A stretch of DNA of 64,000 bases, from assembly GCA_902595845.1 (NCBI GenBank), contig CACJRN010000008.1, forward strand, positions 2,153-66,152, in the 5' to 3' direction. This document shows positions 8,866-18,523 of this stretch, in pieces. The notes beneath the pieces are model-generated. The model ran no database searches and was not told the DNA's origin. It saw only the letters and a program-made list of their open reading frames with translations. Each line of letters begins with the position of its first letter. Within the stretch, counting starts at the first letter, position 1. The position numbers and the translations under genes are program-made. Source of the stretch: an uncultured Gammaproteobacteria bacterium. GTDB lineage: Bacteria; Pseudomonadota; Gammaproteobacteria; Steroidobacterales; UBA11654.

Positions 8866-9477
8866 CTATTTAATTTCATCATTCTGAAAGAGCATTGTGA
8901 CTTTATAGAGTATAGGTGTCATAAGAAGCCATGGAACTTGCCCATGTAAAGTAATCGTTCGATCACCATATTGAAATAAAACTGGGTTCATCCAAGGACC
9001 AGTTGGTGCCAATGGTGCCCATGATAGATCTTTTCCAACTGCAAGCTGATCATAGTAAAGAAACATTTCAACGAAGATATTTTGGCTAATGCACCAAATC
9101 AGAAGGATCAAAAAAGCATCAATGTTCCACTGATTAAATACTGTGCGATCAGATCCCAATAATTTACCTGTTAACAATATGCCACCAAGACTAATCGTTC
9201 CAGCATCTGCAAGTGAGTTCATGAGCCAATTGATATTTTTTGGTATGAATTGATTCAAAACCTCTGATCTTCTTAAATCAACTGGATCTCCAGCATATAG
9301 TCCATAGGTAAACCATAATTCCCAACCAAGGGCACAAATCAAAAAACTTGAGAGGTATATTTTGAGTATTGACTGAGACAGTTGATTCTTTAGATAAAGG
9401 TTGAAAAGTATGATGATTGGAACAATTGCGGTGGTGTAGACCACCACCACAACTCTTAGTTCCTCAAAAGTCATCAT
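8866..9477 (-). CDS. polytopic membrane protein, unknown function
   Basis: 203 aa with about 5 hydrophobic helices and many Trp. It lies downstream of and co-directional with the minus-arm amine operon. Confidence 0.45.
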   Translation of the reverse strand: MMTFEELRVVVVVYTTAIVPIIILFNLYLKNQLSQSILKIYLSSFLICALGWELWFTYGLYAGDPVDLRRSEVLNQFIPKNINWLMNSLADAGTISLGGILLTGKLLGSDRTVFNQWNIDAFLILLIWCISQNIFVEMFLYYDQLAVGKDLSWAPLAPTGPWMNPVLFQYGDRTITLHGQVPWLLMTPILYKVTMLFQNDEIK

Positions 9478-9502
9478 TCAGACCTGAAGATTGATTGAAG
9501 CT

Positions 9503-9910
9503 TTATTTGATAAAGACAGTGTGGTCTTTGTCTTTTTCTGTAATTCTTATAACCAGAAGACTTTGACAATCATCTTCGCTCATAGCGGGTGTATCTGAAT
9601 CTCCTCCATGCACCCAGTCAGTTCTTTCAAACCAGTACTCGTTTTTTGTGTATCTCTTCCACTCACCCGTTGACTTGGATTGCGAGACTCCATCAAGCAC
9701 ATAAACCAAGGTTCCAGAAGCTGGATGAAAATGCTTGGGTGTATCACCGCCACAGCTTTCTCTTCGCTCTACATGCATGTCCATTTTTCCATCTAAATCA
9801 AAGATTTCTGATGAGATAAGACCTTCAAAGCTTGGCTCAGAATCGTCATGGCCGCCAGCGTATAAACCGTGGCTCAAAAGTAGAATTGATATTGCAGTTA
9901 AATATTTCAT
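9503..9910 (-). CDS. exported cupin-domain protein
   Basis: 135 aa with signal peptide MKYLTAISILLLSHGLYA and a cupin-like metal motif region (PKHFHPASGTLVYVLDG ... WVHGG). Confidence 0.5.
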   Translation of the reverse strand: MKYLTAISILLLSHGLYAGGHDDSEPSFEGLISSEIFDLDGKMDMHVERRESCGGDTPKHFHPASGTLVYVLDGVSQSKSTGEWKRYTKNEYWFERTDWVHGGDSDTPAMSEDDCQSLLVIRITEKDKDHTVFIK

Positions 9911-9941
9911 GGTTACTCCTAACTTTTATATTAAATTTTCA

Positions 9942-11342
9942 TTAAATGGATCTAAGATACCATTCAAAGTCTTTGTTGCTAATTTGTGATGAGAAGCGAT
10001 CTAATTCACAAGTTCTGCAGTGATGAAATATACGACAGAACTCCTCATCAAAATATTGAGGCAGTATGGTTGCTTGATTGAATTCATCTAGGGAATCTTG
10101 CCATTTAACTGGCAATGTAACCTCTGGATCTATGACTTCACTTTCTTGAATCATCTCGGGTGGAGAGATCTCTTTTGTCAATCCGTGATGCATACCGGCC
10201 AAAACAGAAGCGACAACCAAATATGGATTCGCATCAGCACCTGCTGAACGATGCTCAATTCTGACATTGTCATCATCAGATAGTGGAATCCTTAGCGACA
10301 GATTTCTGTGATTAGGCCCCCAATTGGGTGTAATGGGTGCAAAAAATCCTGGTGCGAAACGTCTATAAGAGTTTGCGTTGGGGCAAAATATTGCCATGCC
10401 CTCTTTCATGGTCTCAGCAAGACCGCCCACTGCGTATTGGAGGTTTTCATTAAACCCAGTTGAGTCGCTCTCATCGTGAGCGAAAACAGGGTTTCCAGAA
10501 CTATCTTTCAAGCTCACATGAATGTGCATACCCGATCCTGCAGATTCCAAAAATGGTTTTGCCATGAATGTGGCTCCCATCCCAAACTCTCTAGCTGTCT
10601 CTTTGACTGCTCTTCTTAGAAGCATGGATTGATCACAAGCCAAAATAGCGTCTGATACATGATGCAGATTGGTTTCAAATTGCCCGGTTGAAAACTCAGA
10701 TATTGCCGTGCCCACTGGAATGTTTTGCTGATCGCATATTTCTTGGAGACGGTTAAAAAATGGATCAAGTTCCCTTAAGTCTTCTAGTGAGTAAACTTGA
10801 GGTCCAGCTTGATGCAAAATGGTACCAGGTGTTGGGCTGTGTCTTGGAGTGACCATTAAACCGTCATGATCCAGATAGAGGTAAAACTCGAGCTCTACTG
10901 CAATTGTTGCATGCAAGTCATCGTCTGCCAGTTTTTGCACGACTCGACTCAGTACATTTCTAGCTTCATGCGGATAAGCATTCCCCTCTTTATCAACCAA
11001 TGTAAGTAAGACTTGTGCCATTTCTTTTTCAAGCCATGGAACAGGAGCAAGTGATCCATCCACTGGATGACCAAATATATCTGGATCCCCATCATCACTT
11101 CCCAGTATCAGTCCATCAATGACATCGCCACCGGAATCCAATAAAGGAGTGGCGGCACAAAAGTTAAGTCCCTTTTCGAACAGAGACTGTGCTTCATGAA
11201 TATCGACTCTCTTGCCACGAATGATTCCATTGTTGTCTGGCATCATCACTTCAACGCCTACAGTATTTGGGTGTTTTTTAAGAAATTCTTTTAGTTCAGT
11301 CACGTTCAGTCGCCCTTTCCAAAAACGAGACTTCGTCTCCAT
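9942..11342 (-). CDS. glutamine-synthetase-family gamma-glutamyl-amine ligase (PuuA/PauA/GmaS-like)
   Basis: 466 aa with a GS catalytic-domain pattern (GSGMHIHVSL, NSYRRF, ADANPYL) and a PuuA-like N-terminus (LKKHPNTVGVEVMMPDNNGIIRGKRV). The ATG start overlaps the upstream gene by 37 nt. An alternative GTG at 11303 would remove the overlap. Confidence 0.75.
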   Translation of the reverse strand: METKSRFWKGRLNVTELKEFLKKHPNTVGVEVMMPDNNGIIRGKRVDIHEAQSLFEKGLNFCAATPLLDSGGDVIDGLILGSDDGDPDIFGHPVDGSLAPVPWLEKEMAQVLLTLVDKEGNAYPHEARNVLSRVVQKLADDDLHATIAVELEFYLYLDHDGLMVTPRHSPTPGTILHQAGPQVYSLEDLRELDPFFNRLQEICDQQNIPVGTAISEFSTGQFETNLHHVSDAILACDQSMLLRRAVKETAREFGMGATFMAKPFLESAGSGMHIHVSLKDSSGNPVFAHDESDSTGFNENLQYAVGGLAETMKEGMAIFCPNANSYRRFAPGFFAPITPNWGPNHRNLSLRIPLSDDDNVRIEHRSAGADANPYLVVASVLAGMHHGLTKEISPPEMIQESEVIDPEVTLPVKWQDSLDEFNQATILPQYFDEEFCRIFHHCRTCELDRFSSQISNKDFEWYLRSI

Positions 11343-12121
11343 TCAAGCGCTGCTTTGATGCCTTCTTTTTTGAGAATATCGTAAAACTCTGTTTTCTCAT
11401 CGTAATCGGTTGTCTCAAGCAGCATGTTCGCCTCTGATGCATCATCGAGTGCAGATCTCATGCCGCTGATTTCCATGGTTTTATTGATGGCTTTTTTGGT
11501 GATCGCTACAGACATCATGTCATTGGCTGCAATGGTTTCAGCGAATTCAATGCCTGTTGACTCAAGATTTTCGAGGTCAACGACTCGATTGATAAGGCCC
11601 ATCTCATAAATCCTTTGGGCAGGTATGCGTTTGTCTGCACAAAGCAATATTTCCTTGGCCAGTTTGGGTCCTGTTAACCAGGGTAAATTTAGCACCACGA
11701 TTCCGCTGGCTATGGATACTTCTGGCTCTCCAAACAGTGCACAACTTGAGGCAACGGTCAGATCACAACTCAAAGCCAACTCCATGGCTCCACCAAGACA
11801 GTATCCTTGAACACAAGCAATGGTTGGTTTGGGTGAATCCCAAAAACGCATGATCGTATCAAAGTCATTTTGCAGAGCAGCACGAATGTCCTCGTCTTTG
11901 TCTGATGACCAAACTTCATCGTCCAGATCAAATCCTGCTGAAAAAGATTTACCATTGGCTTTAACCACAATCGCTCGAATGGAATGATCTTCCTCTGCTT
12001 GATCCATTGCTGCATTCATCTCAGCCATCATGGCTGTATCGATTGCATTGAGCTTATCTGGCCTATTTAAAGTCAGCAGTGCAACAGGTCCATTGACCTC
12101 ATATGTGAGTGATTTACTCAC
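11306..12121 (-). CDS. enoyl-CoA hydratase/isomerase (crotonase) family protein
   Basis: 271 aa with crotonase motifs (LTLNRPDKLNA, KSFSAGFDL, GYCLGGAMELAL, FGEPEV). Confidence 0.85.
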   Translation of the reverse strand: MSKSLTYEVNGPVALLTLNRPDKLNAIDTAMMAEMNAAMDQAEEDHSIRAIVVKANGKSFSAGFDLDDEVWSSDKDEDIRAALQNDFDTIMRFWDSPKPTIACVQGYCLGGAMELALSCDLTVASSCALFGEPEVSIASGIVVLNLPWLTGPKLAKEILLCADKRIPAQRIYEMGLINRVVDLENLESTGIEFAETIAANDMMSVAITKKAINKTMEISGMRSALDDASEANMLLETTDYDEKTEFYDILKKEGIKAALEWRRSLVFGKGD

Positions 12122-12127
12122 AGATAT

Positions 12128-13648
12128 TTACCCGAGGTTATACCAAATCGATTTGCTTTGTGTGTATCCAAGCACTGACTCAAAGCATGAATCTTTGGTA
12201 TTGCCCGATTGCTTGTATCCACCAAACTCAAAGGTCATATCGCCAACATCGTAGCAGTTGACATAAACCATGCCTGACTCAATGGCTTTCGCCATGTTAT
12301 GAGCTCGACTGACATTGCTCGTCCAGACTGATGCGCAAAGACCATAGATTGTGTCATTGGCCATTTCGATGGCTTCTTCCTCAGAATCAAACGGAATAAT
12401 GGAAGCGACCGGTCCAAAGATCTCTTCACGACCAATGGTCATGTCATTGTTCACATCTGCAAACATGGTTGGTTCAACGAAACATCCAGACTCAAGTCCT
12501 GTTGGAATGTTTCCACCAAATTTGAGTTTCGCACCTTCATTTTTTCCTGATTCAATGAAGCCCAATACTCTTTTTTGAGCTTGTGCTGACATCAATGGAC
12601 CCATGTTTGTTTCTGGATCCAATGGATCACCAGGTGTATATGCACCTTGGCCTTCTGCAATGAATTGATCAACGAAATCAGCATAAATTGCTCTTTCAAC
12701 ATAGATCCTAGATCCTGCATTACAGACTTCGCCCATATTTGCATAGATTGAATCATAGGCTGTAGAGACAGCGAGTTCCATATCAGGTAAATCAGCGAAG
12801 TAAATCATGGGTGATTTCCCACCAGTCTCAAGGCTGACTTTTTTCATATTGGACTGACCGGCATATTGTAAAAGAAGTTTTCCAACTTCGGTTGATCCAG
12901 TGAATCCGATCTTCGAGACATCTTGATGGAGCGCCAAAGATTGTCCGGCCTCTTCACCATGTCCCGTGACCACATTGAATACCCCTGGAGGTCCACCTGC
13001 TTCGACAAAAAGCTCTGCCATTTTTATACACGAGTGAGGCGAATGCTCATCTGGTTTAAGAACAATTGAATTCCCTGCAGCCAATGCTGGAGCAATTTTC
13101 CAAACACCCATGAGAAGCGGATAATTCCATGGAGAAATCAATCCAACCACACCATATGGCTCTCTAACAGAAAGGTTCAGTGCTTTTTCATGTGTATTGG
13201 CAACTTTTCCATACATCTTATCGATACACTCTGCCATGAATCGAATGTTCACAGCTGAAGCTGGAACATCAACATTCAAACAATCGCTGATCGGCTTACC
13301 CATATTCATAGAATCCATGAGGGCAAGTTCAGCTGTATTTGCCTGAAGAAGATCGGCAAACTTCATCATGATTCCCATCCTTTTCCTGGGCGCCATCTTC
13401 CTCCAAGTCTTTGCTTTGAAGCTTTCTTTTGCTGCGGCAACGGCCTTATCTATATCTTTTTCATTTCCTGCTGCACATGTTCCACAAGCCTCGTTGGTTG
13501 CAGGATTGATGACTTCTATCTTTCCGCCATCTGCTGCATCAACATATTCACCATTAATGAAACATCTTCCTTCGAAGATACTATCGGCATCGCCCGCCAT
13601 CTTGGCCCAATCATCTTTAGACAATGCTTTTGCGCTTCTCGCATCCAT
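12128..13648 (-). CDS. NAD(P)-dependent aldehyde dehydrogenase
   Basis: 506 aa with LETGGKSP, catalytic Cys in GEVCNAGSR, EEIFGPV, and FTGSTEVG. Confidence 0.9.
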   Translation of the reverse strand: MDARSAKALSKDDWAKMAGDADSIFEGRCFINGEYVDAADGGKIEVINPATNEACGTCAAGNEKDIDKAVAAAKESFKAKTWRKMAPRKRMGIMMKFADLLQANTAELALMDSMNMGKPISDCLNVDVPASAVNIRFMAECIDKMYGKVANTHEKALNLSVREPYGVVGLISPWNYPLLMGVWKIAPALAAGNSIVLKPDEHSPHSCIKMAELFVEAGGPPGVFNVVTGHGEEAGQSLALHQDVSKIGFTGSTEVGKLLLQYAGQSNMKKVSLETGGKSPMIYFADLPDMELAVSTAYDSIYANMGEVCNAGSRIYVERAIYADFVDQFIAEGQGAYTPGDPLDPETNMGPLMSAQAQKRVLGFIESGKNEGAKLKFGGNIPTGLESGCFVEPTMFADVNNDMTIGREEIFGPVASIIPFDSEEEAIEMANDTIYGLCASVWTSNVSRAHNMAKAIESGMVYVNCYDVGDMTFEFGGYKQSGNTKDSCFESVLGYTQSKSIWYNLG

Positions 13649-13668
13649 TACTTTCTCCTAGTTTTTAT

Positions 13669-15756
13669 TTACTTTTGCTGATGCAAAGATATCAATGCAT
13701 CAACCGCTATACAAATATCGTTTCCTAATATTACGGGATTTAAATCAATTTCACATATCTGATTGCTCAACTTCAACGCAATCAAAGAGAACCTTGATGC
13801 AAAATCCGCAAATGCATCCAAATCAGCTGGTTCTGATCCGCGATAACCATCGAGCAATGTTTTCATTTTGAGTGATCCCAGCGCTTCCTTCGCAGCCTCT
13901 TTGGAAAAAGGAGGCATCAGGGTAACCGCATCATTCATTGCCTCAGCGTAGTAACCACCAAAACCAATTGTCACCATGGGGCCGAGTTGCTCATCTGTGG
14001 TCATGCCAATGATCATCTCAACTCCCTCAGATTCAATCATCCTTGCAAGCAAGGCATCGCCTGGCAGATTTTTCTGAAGCTCATTGTATGCACTGCTCAA
14101 TTTTTCTTCTGAATCGATGTTTAGGTAAACTCCACTCAACTCAGATTTATGGAAGACATCTTCAACGGCAGTTTTTAAGACCAAAGGAAAACCCATGTCC
14201 TTTGCTGATGACAATAATTCTTCTTCATTGGTGATGACATTGCTTTGATTGGTATTTAAGCCCAAATCAAAAAACATATTGAGCGCCTGTGCTTCACTCA
14301 CAAACTCACTTTTAGAGAGTTCATCTTGGTATTTTTTCAACTTATCAGAGTTGAGATCAGTATCGATGACATCTTCGTCCTTTATGAAATCTCTATACTG
14401 ATGAAGGCATCGAACACCTGCAAGAAATGAATGCATGCCATCCAATACTGGCATTCCTTTATTTGTGGCCTCAACTGCCAAAGGATGAATGCCTGTGCCT
14501 TGCCTATTTGAAACAAGGAATACTGGCTTACCAGTACGATCATTTGCCTGCTTCATATACTCATCAATGTATTCCTGATGTATCAGACCCAATGGCCCTC
14601 TATCCATGACGATTGCAGCCATAGAAGCATTTGGATCATCGAGCATTTCTGTGATGCTATCAGCCATGATTTGATCGGCGTCTCCCAATCCTTTGCCCCA
14701 TGCATCAAGAGGATTAACTGGGGGCAAACCAGGATCGAGAATCTCTTTAAGTTTTTGAGTGGTGCTATCCTCAAGCTTTGCAAATTCAACTCCTTGTTGA
14801 TCGGCAATATCAATGATGAGTTGCCTCTCTCCTCCGGAGTCATGAATGGAGACCATATTTCCATCTGCCAATTCAAAGGGTTGATCAAACATGATGAGAG
14901 TCGTGGCAAGTTCATCCATGTCTGCAACCCTTTGAATGCCATATTTTTTGAACAGTGCATTGTAGTAATCATCCACACCAGCCAAACCACCTGAGTGAGA
15001 AACTGTGAGCTCTGCAGACCGCTCGGTCCTGCCTGTCTTTAGAACGATGATTGGAATTTTTTTCTGTTTTGCTAGCTCAAATGCTTGGATCATTTTTTCC
15101 GGCTTTCGAATGGTTTCAAGAAACATACCAACCACAGTTGTGCTCTCTTGATGAAGAATATAATCAAGGTAATCTTCCGCACCAACGGTCAGCTCAGATC
15201 CAGATGAAACAGAAAGGTTGAGATTGATCCTTTCTTCACAATCAATGATCCCAGCAACCCCTGAACCCGATTGACTGATGATGCATACTCCTCCGGGTTC
15301 ATGATTCGGTCTAGAGAAGTGACCATTGACCCAAACACCTTTTTCAATATGAAAAAACCCCATTCCATTGGCGCCGCATAAGAGAATGTCAGCTGCTTTT
15401 AGTTTTGCCTGTAAACGATCTTTTAAATATGGCTTCTCATCATCATCTAAATAAAGCATCGACATGATTGACATGGCCTTCACGCCAGCCTCAATGGCAG
15501 CATCTACCACTCCTTCAATTCTTTCATCTGATACAGCAAAAATTGCATGCTCAACTTTCTCTGGCAGAGATTCAAAGTCGGGATAGCATGGCACACCAAA
15601 TGCCTCTTCGTTTTTTGGATGCAGTCCATATAACTTGCCTTTATACCCCCCGTGCTGAAGGTTTTTGATGATTCGACTCCCCATCCCGCCAGAGGTCGTT
15701 GCACCAACAACAACAATGCTTTCTGGGTTTAACAGTGAATCTAGGCGGTGCGGCAT
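13669..15756 (-). CDS. ADP-forming acyl-CoA synthetase (acetate--CoA ligase family, fused alpha/beta)
   Basis: 695 aa. N-terminal CoA-binding Rossmann (SIVVVGATTSGG), succinyl-CoA-synthetase-like middle domains, and a C-terminal ATP-grasp-like region. Confidence 0.8.
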   Translation of the reverse strand: MPHRLDSLLNPESIVVVGATTSGGMGSRIIKNLQHGGYKGKLYGLHPKNEEAFGVPCYPDFESLPEKVEHAIFAVSDERIEGVVDAAIEAGVKAMSIMSMLYLDDDEKPYLKDRLQAKLKAADILLCGANGMGFFHIEKGVWVNGHFSRPNHEPGGVCIISQSGSGVAGIIDCEERINLNLSVSSGSELTVGAEDYLDYILHQESTTVVGMFLETIRKPEKMIQAFELAKQKKIPIIVLKTGRTERSAELTVSHSGGLAGVDDYYNALFKKYGIQRVADMDELATTLIMFDQPFELADGNMVSIHDSGGERQLIIDIADQQGVEFAKLEDSTTQKLKEILDPGLPPVNPLDAWGKGLGDADQIMADSITEMLDDPNASMAAIVMDRGPLGLIHQEYIDEYMKQANDRTGKPVFLVSNRQGTGIHPLAVEATNKGMPVLDGMHSFLAGVRCLHQYRDFIKDEDVIDTDLNSDKLKKYQDELSKSEFVSEAQALNMFFDLGLNTNQSNVITNEEELLSSAKDMGFPLVLKTAVEDVFHKSELSGVYLNIDSEEKLSSAYNELQKNLPGDALLARMIESEGVEMIIGMTTDEQLGPMVTIGFGGYYAEAMNDAVTLMPPFSKEAAKEALGSLKMKTLLDGYRGSEPADLDAFADFASRFSLIALKLSNQICEIDLNPVILGNDICIAVDALISLHQQK

Positions 15757-15762
15757 ATCCGC

Positions 15763-16953
15763 TTAATAAAGTTCAGCTGGGGTGGTTCTTCTTCTTTCTG
15801 GATCAAAGAAAGGCTTGGTCACAATGGTTGCTTCCTCCATGACTCTATTCCATTCCAGATCTTTCTGATAGTAGATCTCAGCAATGATCTTATCCTTGTC
15901 TTTATTCCAAGGATCATGCAATGACGCATATGCGATATTTGCTTTTGCACTGGGAGAGAACATCGCTGAGGTCACTGTTCCAATTTTTTTATTGGCTTGA
16001 TTGTAAAGATAAGATCCATGTGCTGGTTTGTTACCCTTAATGTTTAGTTTTACAAATGTATATCTCGAGCCTTTTCTCTTCTCCTCAATCAGTGCTTCTC
16101 TTCCATTAAAGACTGGCTTAGATAAATCCACCAACCAAGATAACCCCAATTCAAATGGTGATCTAGTTGAGCCGGGCCTAATGGCATCTTCTGCAACCAT
16201 AAAGTCCTGGCCTGGAACCAGCAATCCTGCTTCTATTCTGACTAAATCCAGTGCATCCAATCCAAAAGGTTTGATGCCATATATTTCACCTTTTTCAAAC
16301 AATGCATCCCAGAAATCCAAGGCTACATCATTGGCCATACAAGCTTCATAACCAAGATCACCGGAAAAACCTGTTCTCGATATAATGATCTCTCGACCGC
16401 GGAAATCATAGTGCTTGATATCAAATGGTTTCAAAAACTCAATGCCTTCAAATCCAATGGCCTTCAGGATGCTACAAGAGGTCGGTCCTTGAATTCCAAG
16501 GCATGCTATGTCATCTGTAATTTCTTCTATTTTGACATCAAATCCAATTGCAGAATTCTCCAAGTTATCCAATTGTCTTTCAACGCATAAAAGCCAATAT
16601 TCATTCTCTCTAATGTGAAAGACAGTTCCGTCGTCGATCACCTGGCCTTCTTCATCACACCAAACCACATAACCCACTCTTCCGATTCCAATCTTATTCA
16701 TGTCTCGAGTAAAGAAACGATTCACAAACTCAGCAGCATCAGGTCCTGTTATTTTCTGTTTGACCATCGGCGTGTAATCAATCACCCCAGTGGTGTTTCT
16801 GACAGCAAAATACTCCAGATCTGTTCGAAAGTAATTTGTTGGAACGGTGTAATCCTTCCAGCGGGACCATTCATTGAGTATATTCAATTCTGATGTTCTC
16901 TCATGAAACGGTGTTTTATAAACTGATGTTTTGTAATGATCTTGTCGCAACAT
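15763..16953 (-). CDS. GcvT-family (aminomethyltransferase / folate-binding) protein
   Basis: Start trimmed from 16989 to ATG 16953 (MLRQDHYKTSVYKTPFHERT), with AGGAG 10 nt upstream and 1 nt after the upstream stop. GcvT-like length and pattern (TGFSGDLGYE, RIEAGL). Confidence 0.8.
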   Translation of the reverse strand: MLRQDHYKTSVYKTPFHERTSELNILNEWSRWKDYTVPTNYFRTDLEYFAVRNTTGVIDYTPMVKQKITGPDAAEFVNRFFTRDMNKIGIGRVGYVVWCDEEGQVIDDGTVFHIRENEYWLLCVERQLDNLENSAIGFDVKIEEITDDIACLGIQGPTSCSILKAIGFEGIEFLKPFDIKHYDFRGREIIISRTGFSGDLGYEACMANDVALDFWDALFEKGEIYGIKPFGLDALDLVRIEAGLLVPGQDFMVAEDAIRPGSTRSPFELGLSWLVDLSKPVFNGREALIEEKRKGSRYTFVKLNIKGNKPAHGSYLYNQANKKIGTVTSAMFSPSAKANIAYASLHDPWNKDKDKIIAEIYYQKDLEWNRVMEEATIVTKPFFDPERRRTTPAELY

Positions 16954-16954
16954 C

Positions 16955-18523
16955 CTAGGACTCCTTGCTGATGATTTCATTTGCTGCATTTCTTCCGGCC
17001 AAGCCCATTAATCCTCCACCGGGGTGTGAGCCTGCTCCACATAAATAAAGCGATTCAATCGGAGTTTTGTACTGAGCCATTTTTGGTATTGGTCTCAGCA
17101 TCAAGAATTGGTCAAACGTCAATTCACCATGATGCCATTGCCCTCCGGTTATGCCGTATTCATCTTCTATATCTTTAGGGGATAAGAGTTCAGCATGAAC
17201 AATTAATCCTTTGATTCCAGGCGCCATCTCTTCCAATTGATTGAGGCAGTTTTCAAGCACCACAGCATTGGACTGATCCCAGCCTTCTTTCAGCTCATAT
17301 GCCGTGTTATTGACAACGGCAGAGAGGACATGATGCCCTTTAGGTGCAAGTGTTTTGTCATGGATTGACGGAATGATGATTTCCATGGGTAGTTGGTCTG
17401 AGCACTCGCCATATTTGGTATGATCGTGAGCCAATTCGAGATATTTCATGCTGGGAGCATTGATGATTCGATGTCCCAAGTCTTCTGGCTCGACTCCCTT
17501 GAATTTTGGCAATCCACTTAATGCCAAGTGAAGTTTTGAGGTATTGCCTCTCATTCTTATGTTGTTCACTTTATGCACATAGTGGGATTCTAGATTCTTT
17601 GGTCCAACCAAACACATGAAAGTGCTCCTTGGGTCAATTCCAGAAACAACGATGTCAGCATTCACTTTCTCGCCAGATTCTAAAATGAGGCCATTAATTT
17701 TGTTCTCTTCATTTAAATCAATCTGTTTGACTGGTGAATTTGTGTGAATCTTGACTCCAGCCGATTCAGCAGCTTTTTGTAGCGCATTTGAGTAGGAACT
17801 CATTCCACCCTCAGGGATGGCATAGCTGCCTTGAACTCCATTCAGATCTCCAGTGAGTTGGTGTAAAAAAGTAATCGCACTGTTATTGGTCCTTGGCCCC
17901 AGTCGGTTCCCCAATAGCGCATCCAAAGCAATGGAGCCCTTCATGTGTTCGTGATCTGTAAATTCATTTAAAATATCATGAATATTTACGGCGATATATT
18001 TCAGCATCTGTCGCATGGATTTTTTGCCCATACTTCTCAGGTTCCAACCCAAACTCATCAAACGCGTCATGTCTTTGGTTTCATCCGATCCCAATCTTGG
18101 CGGTGCCGTCTGATAAGATTTTTTGAAAAAGCCTGCAAGCTTTTTCATCGCTTGTCTGAATTCCTTATATTCCGCTTGCTCTTTCATGGTGATGTCATCA
18201 CCAGTGACACTGTCGTCATCAAAAATCAAAGCGTTTCCTTTAGGATTGATGGATATTGTTTTCAAACCACTTGCAGCAAATGCGAGCCCATGCTTGTTCA
18301 GGTTTAATGATTTATGGATTTTGGAATCGGTTTGATGCAAAAGATGAGCTACGCCTGGGACCCTGTACCCATCGATTAATTCTTTGGTTGAAGCCATGCC
18401 GCCAACCTCTGAACGTGACTCATAAAGCTCCACATTAAAACCCGCCTTTGCCAAATAAGCCGCACTCACCAGGCTGTTATGTCCGCCTCCAATAATGGCT
18501 ATGTTTTTATTCTTTCTAGTCAT
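16955..18523 (-). CDS. FAD-dependent oxidoreductase, CrtI/phytoene-desaturase-like (PYROXD2-like), paralogue B
   Basis: Start trimmed from 18586 to ATG 18523 (MTRKNKNIAIIGGGHNSLVSAAYLAKAG, dinucleotide fold). C-terminal LYLCGAGSHPGGGLMG. 8-nt overlap with paralogue A. Confidence 0.75.
   Translation of the reverse strand: MTRKNKNIAIIGGGHNSLVSAAYLAKAGFNVELYESRSEVGGMASTKELIDGYRVPGVAHLLHQTDSKIHKSLNLNKHGLAFAASGLKTISINPKGNALIFDDDSVTGDDITMKEQAEYKEFRQAMKKLAGFFKKSYQTAPPRLGSDETKDMTRLMSLGWNLRSMGKKSMRQMLKYIAVNIHDILNEFTDHEHMKGSIALDALLGNRLGPRTNNSAITFLHQLTGDLNGVQGSYAIPEGGMSSYSNALQKAAESAGVKIHTNSPVKQIDLNEENKINGLILESGEKVNADIVVSGIDPRSTFMCLVGPKNLESHYVHKVNNIRMRGNTSKLHLALSGLPKFKGVEPEDLGHRIINAPSMKYLELAHDHTKYGECSDQLPMEIIIPSIHDKTLAPKGHHVLSAVVNNTAYELKEGWDQSNAVVLENCLNQLEEMAPGIKGLIVHAELLSPKDIEDEYGITGGQWHHGELTFDQFLMLRPIPKMAQYKTPIESLYLCGAGSHPGGGLMGLAGRNAANEIISKES

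Noticed and set aside
9942-11342. Calling the GS-family gene housekeeping glnA.
   Set aside because: It is the terminal, overlapping gene of a catabolic operon, it has a PuuA-like N-terminus, and no glnB or ntrBC genes are nearby. Housekeeping function is not formally excluded without phylogeny.
14578-14994. Pair of mutually antisense ORFs (138 aa on plus, 135 aa on minus) inside the acyl-CoA synthetase gene. Many similar 60-150-aa ORFs occur opposite or out of frame to long genes, for example 57698-58156 in ychF, 60154-60486 in rplY, 35108-35488 and 47048-47440.
   Set aside because: They lie wholly within long ORFs that have clear family motifs. They have low-complexity or odd composition and lack ribosome-binding sites. 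They are typical shadow ORFs.
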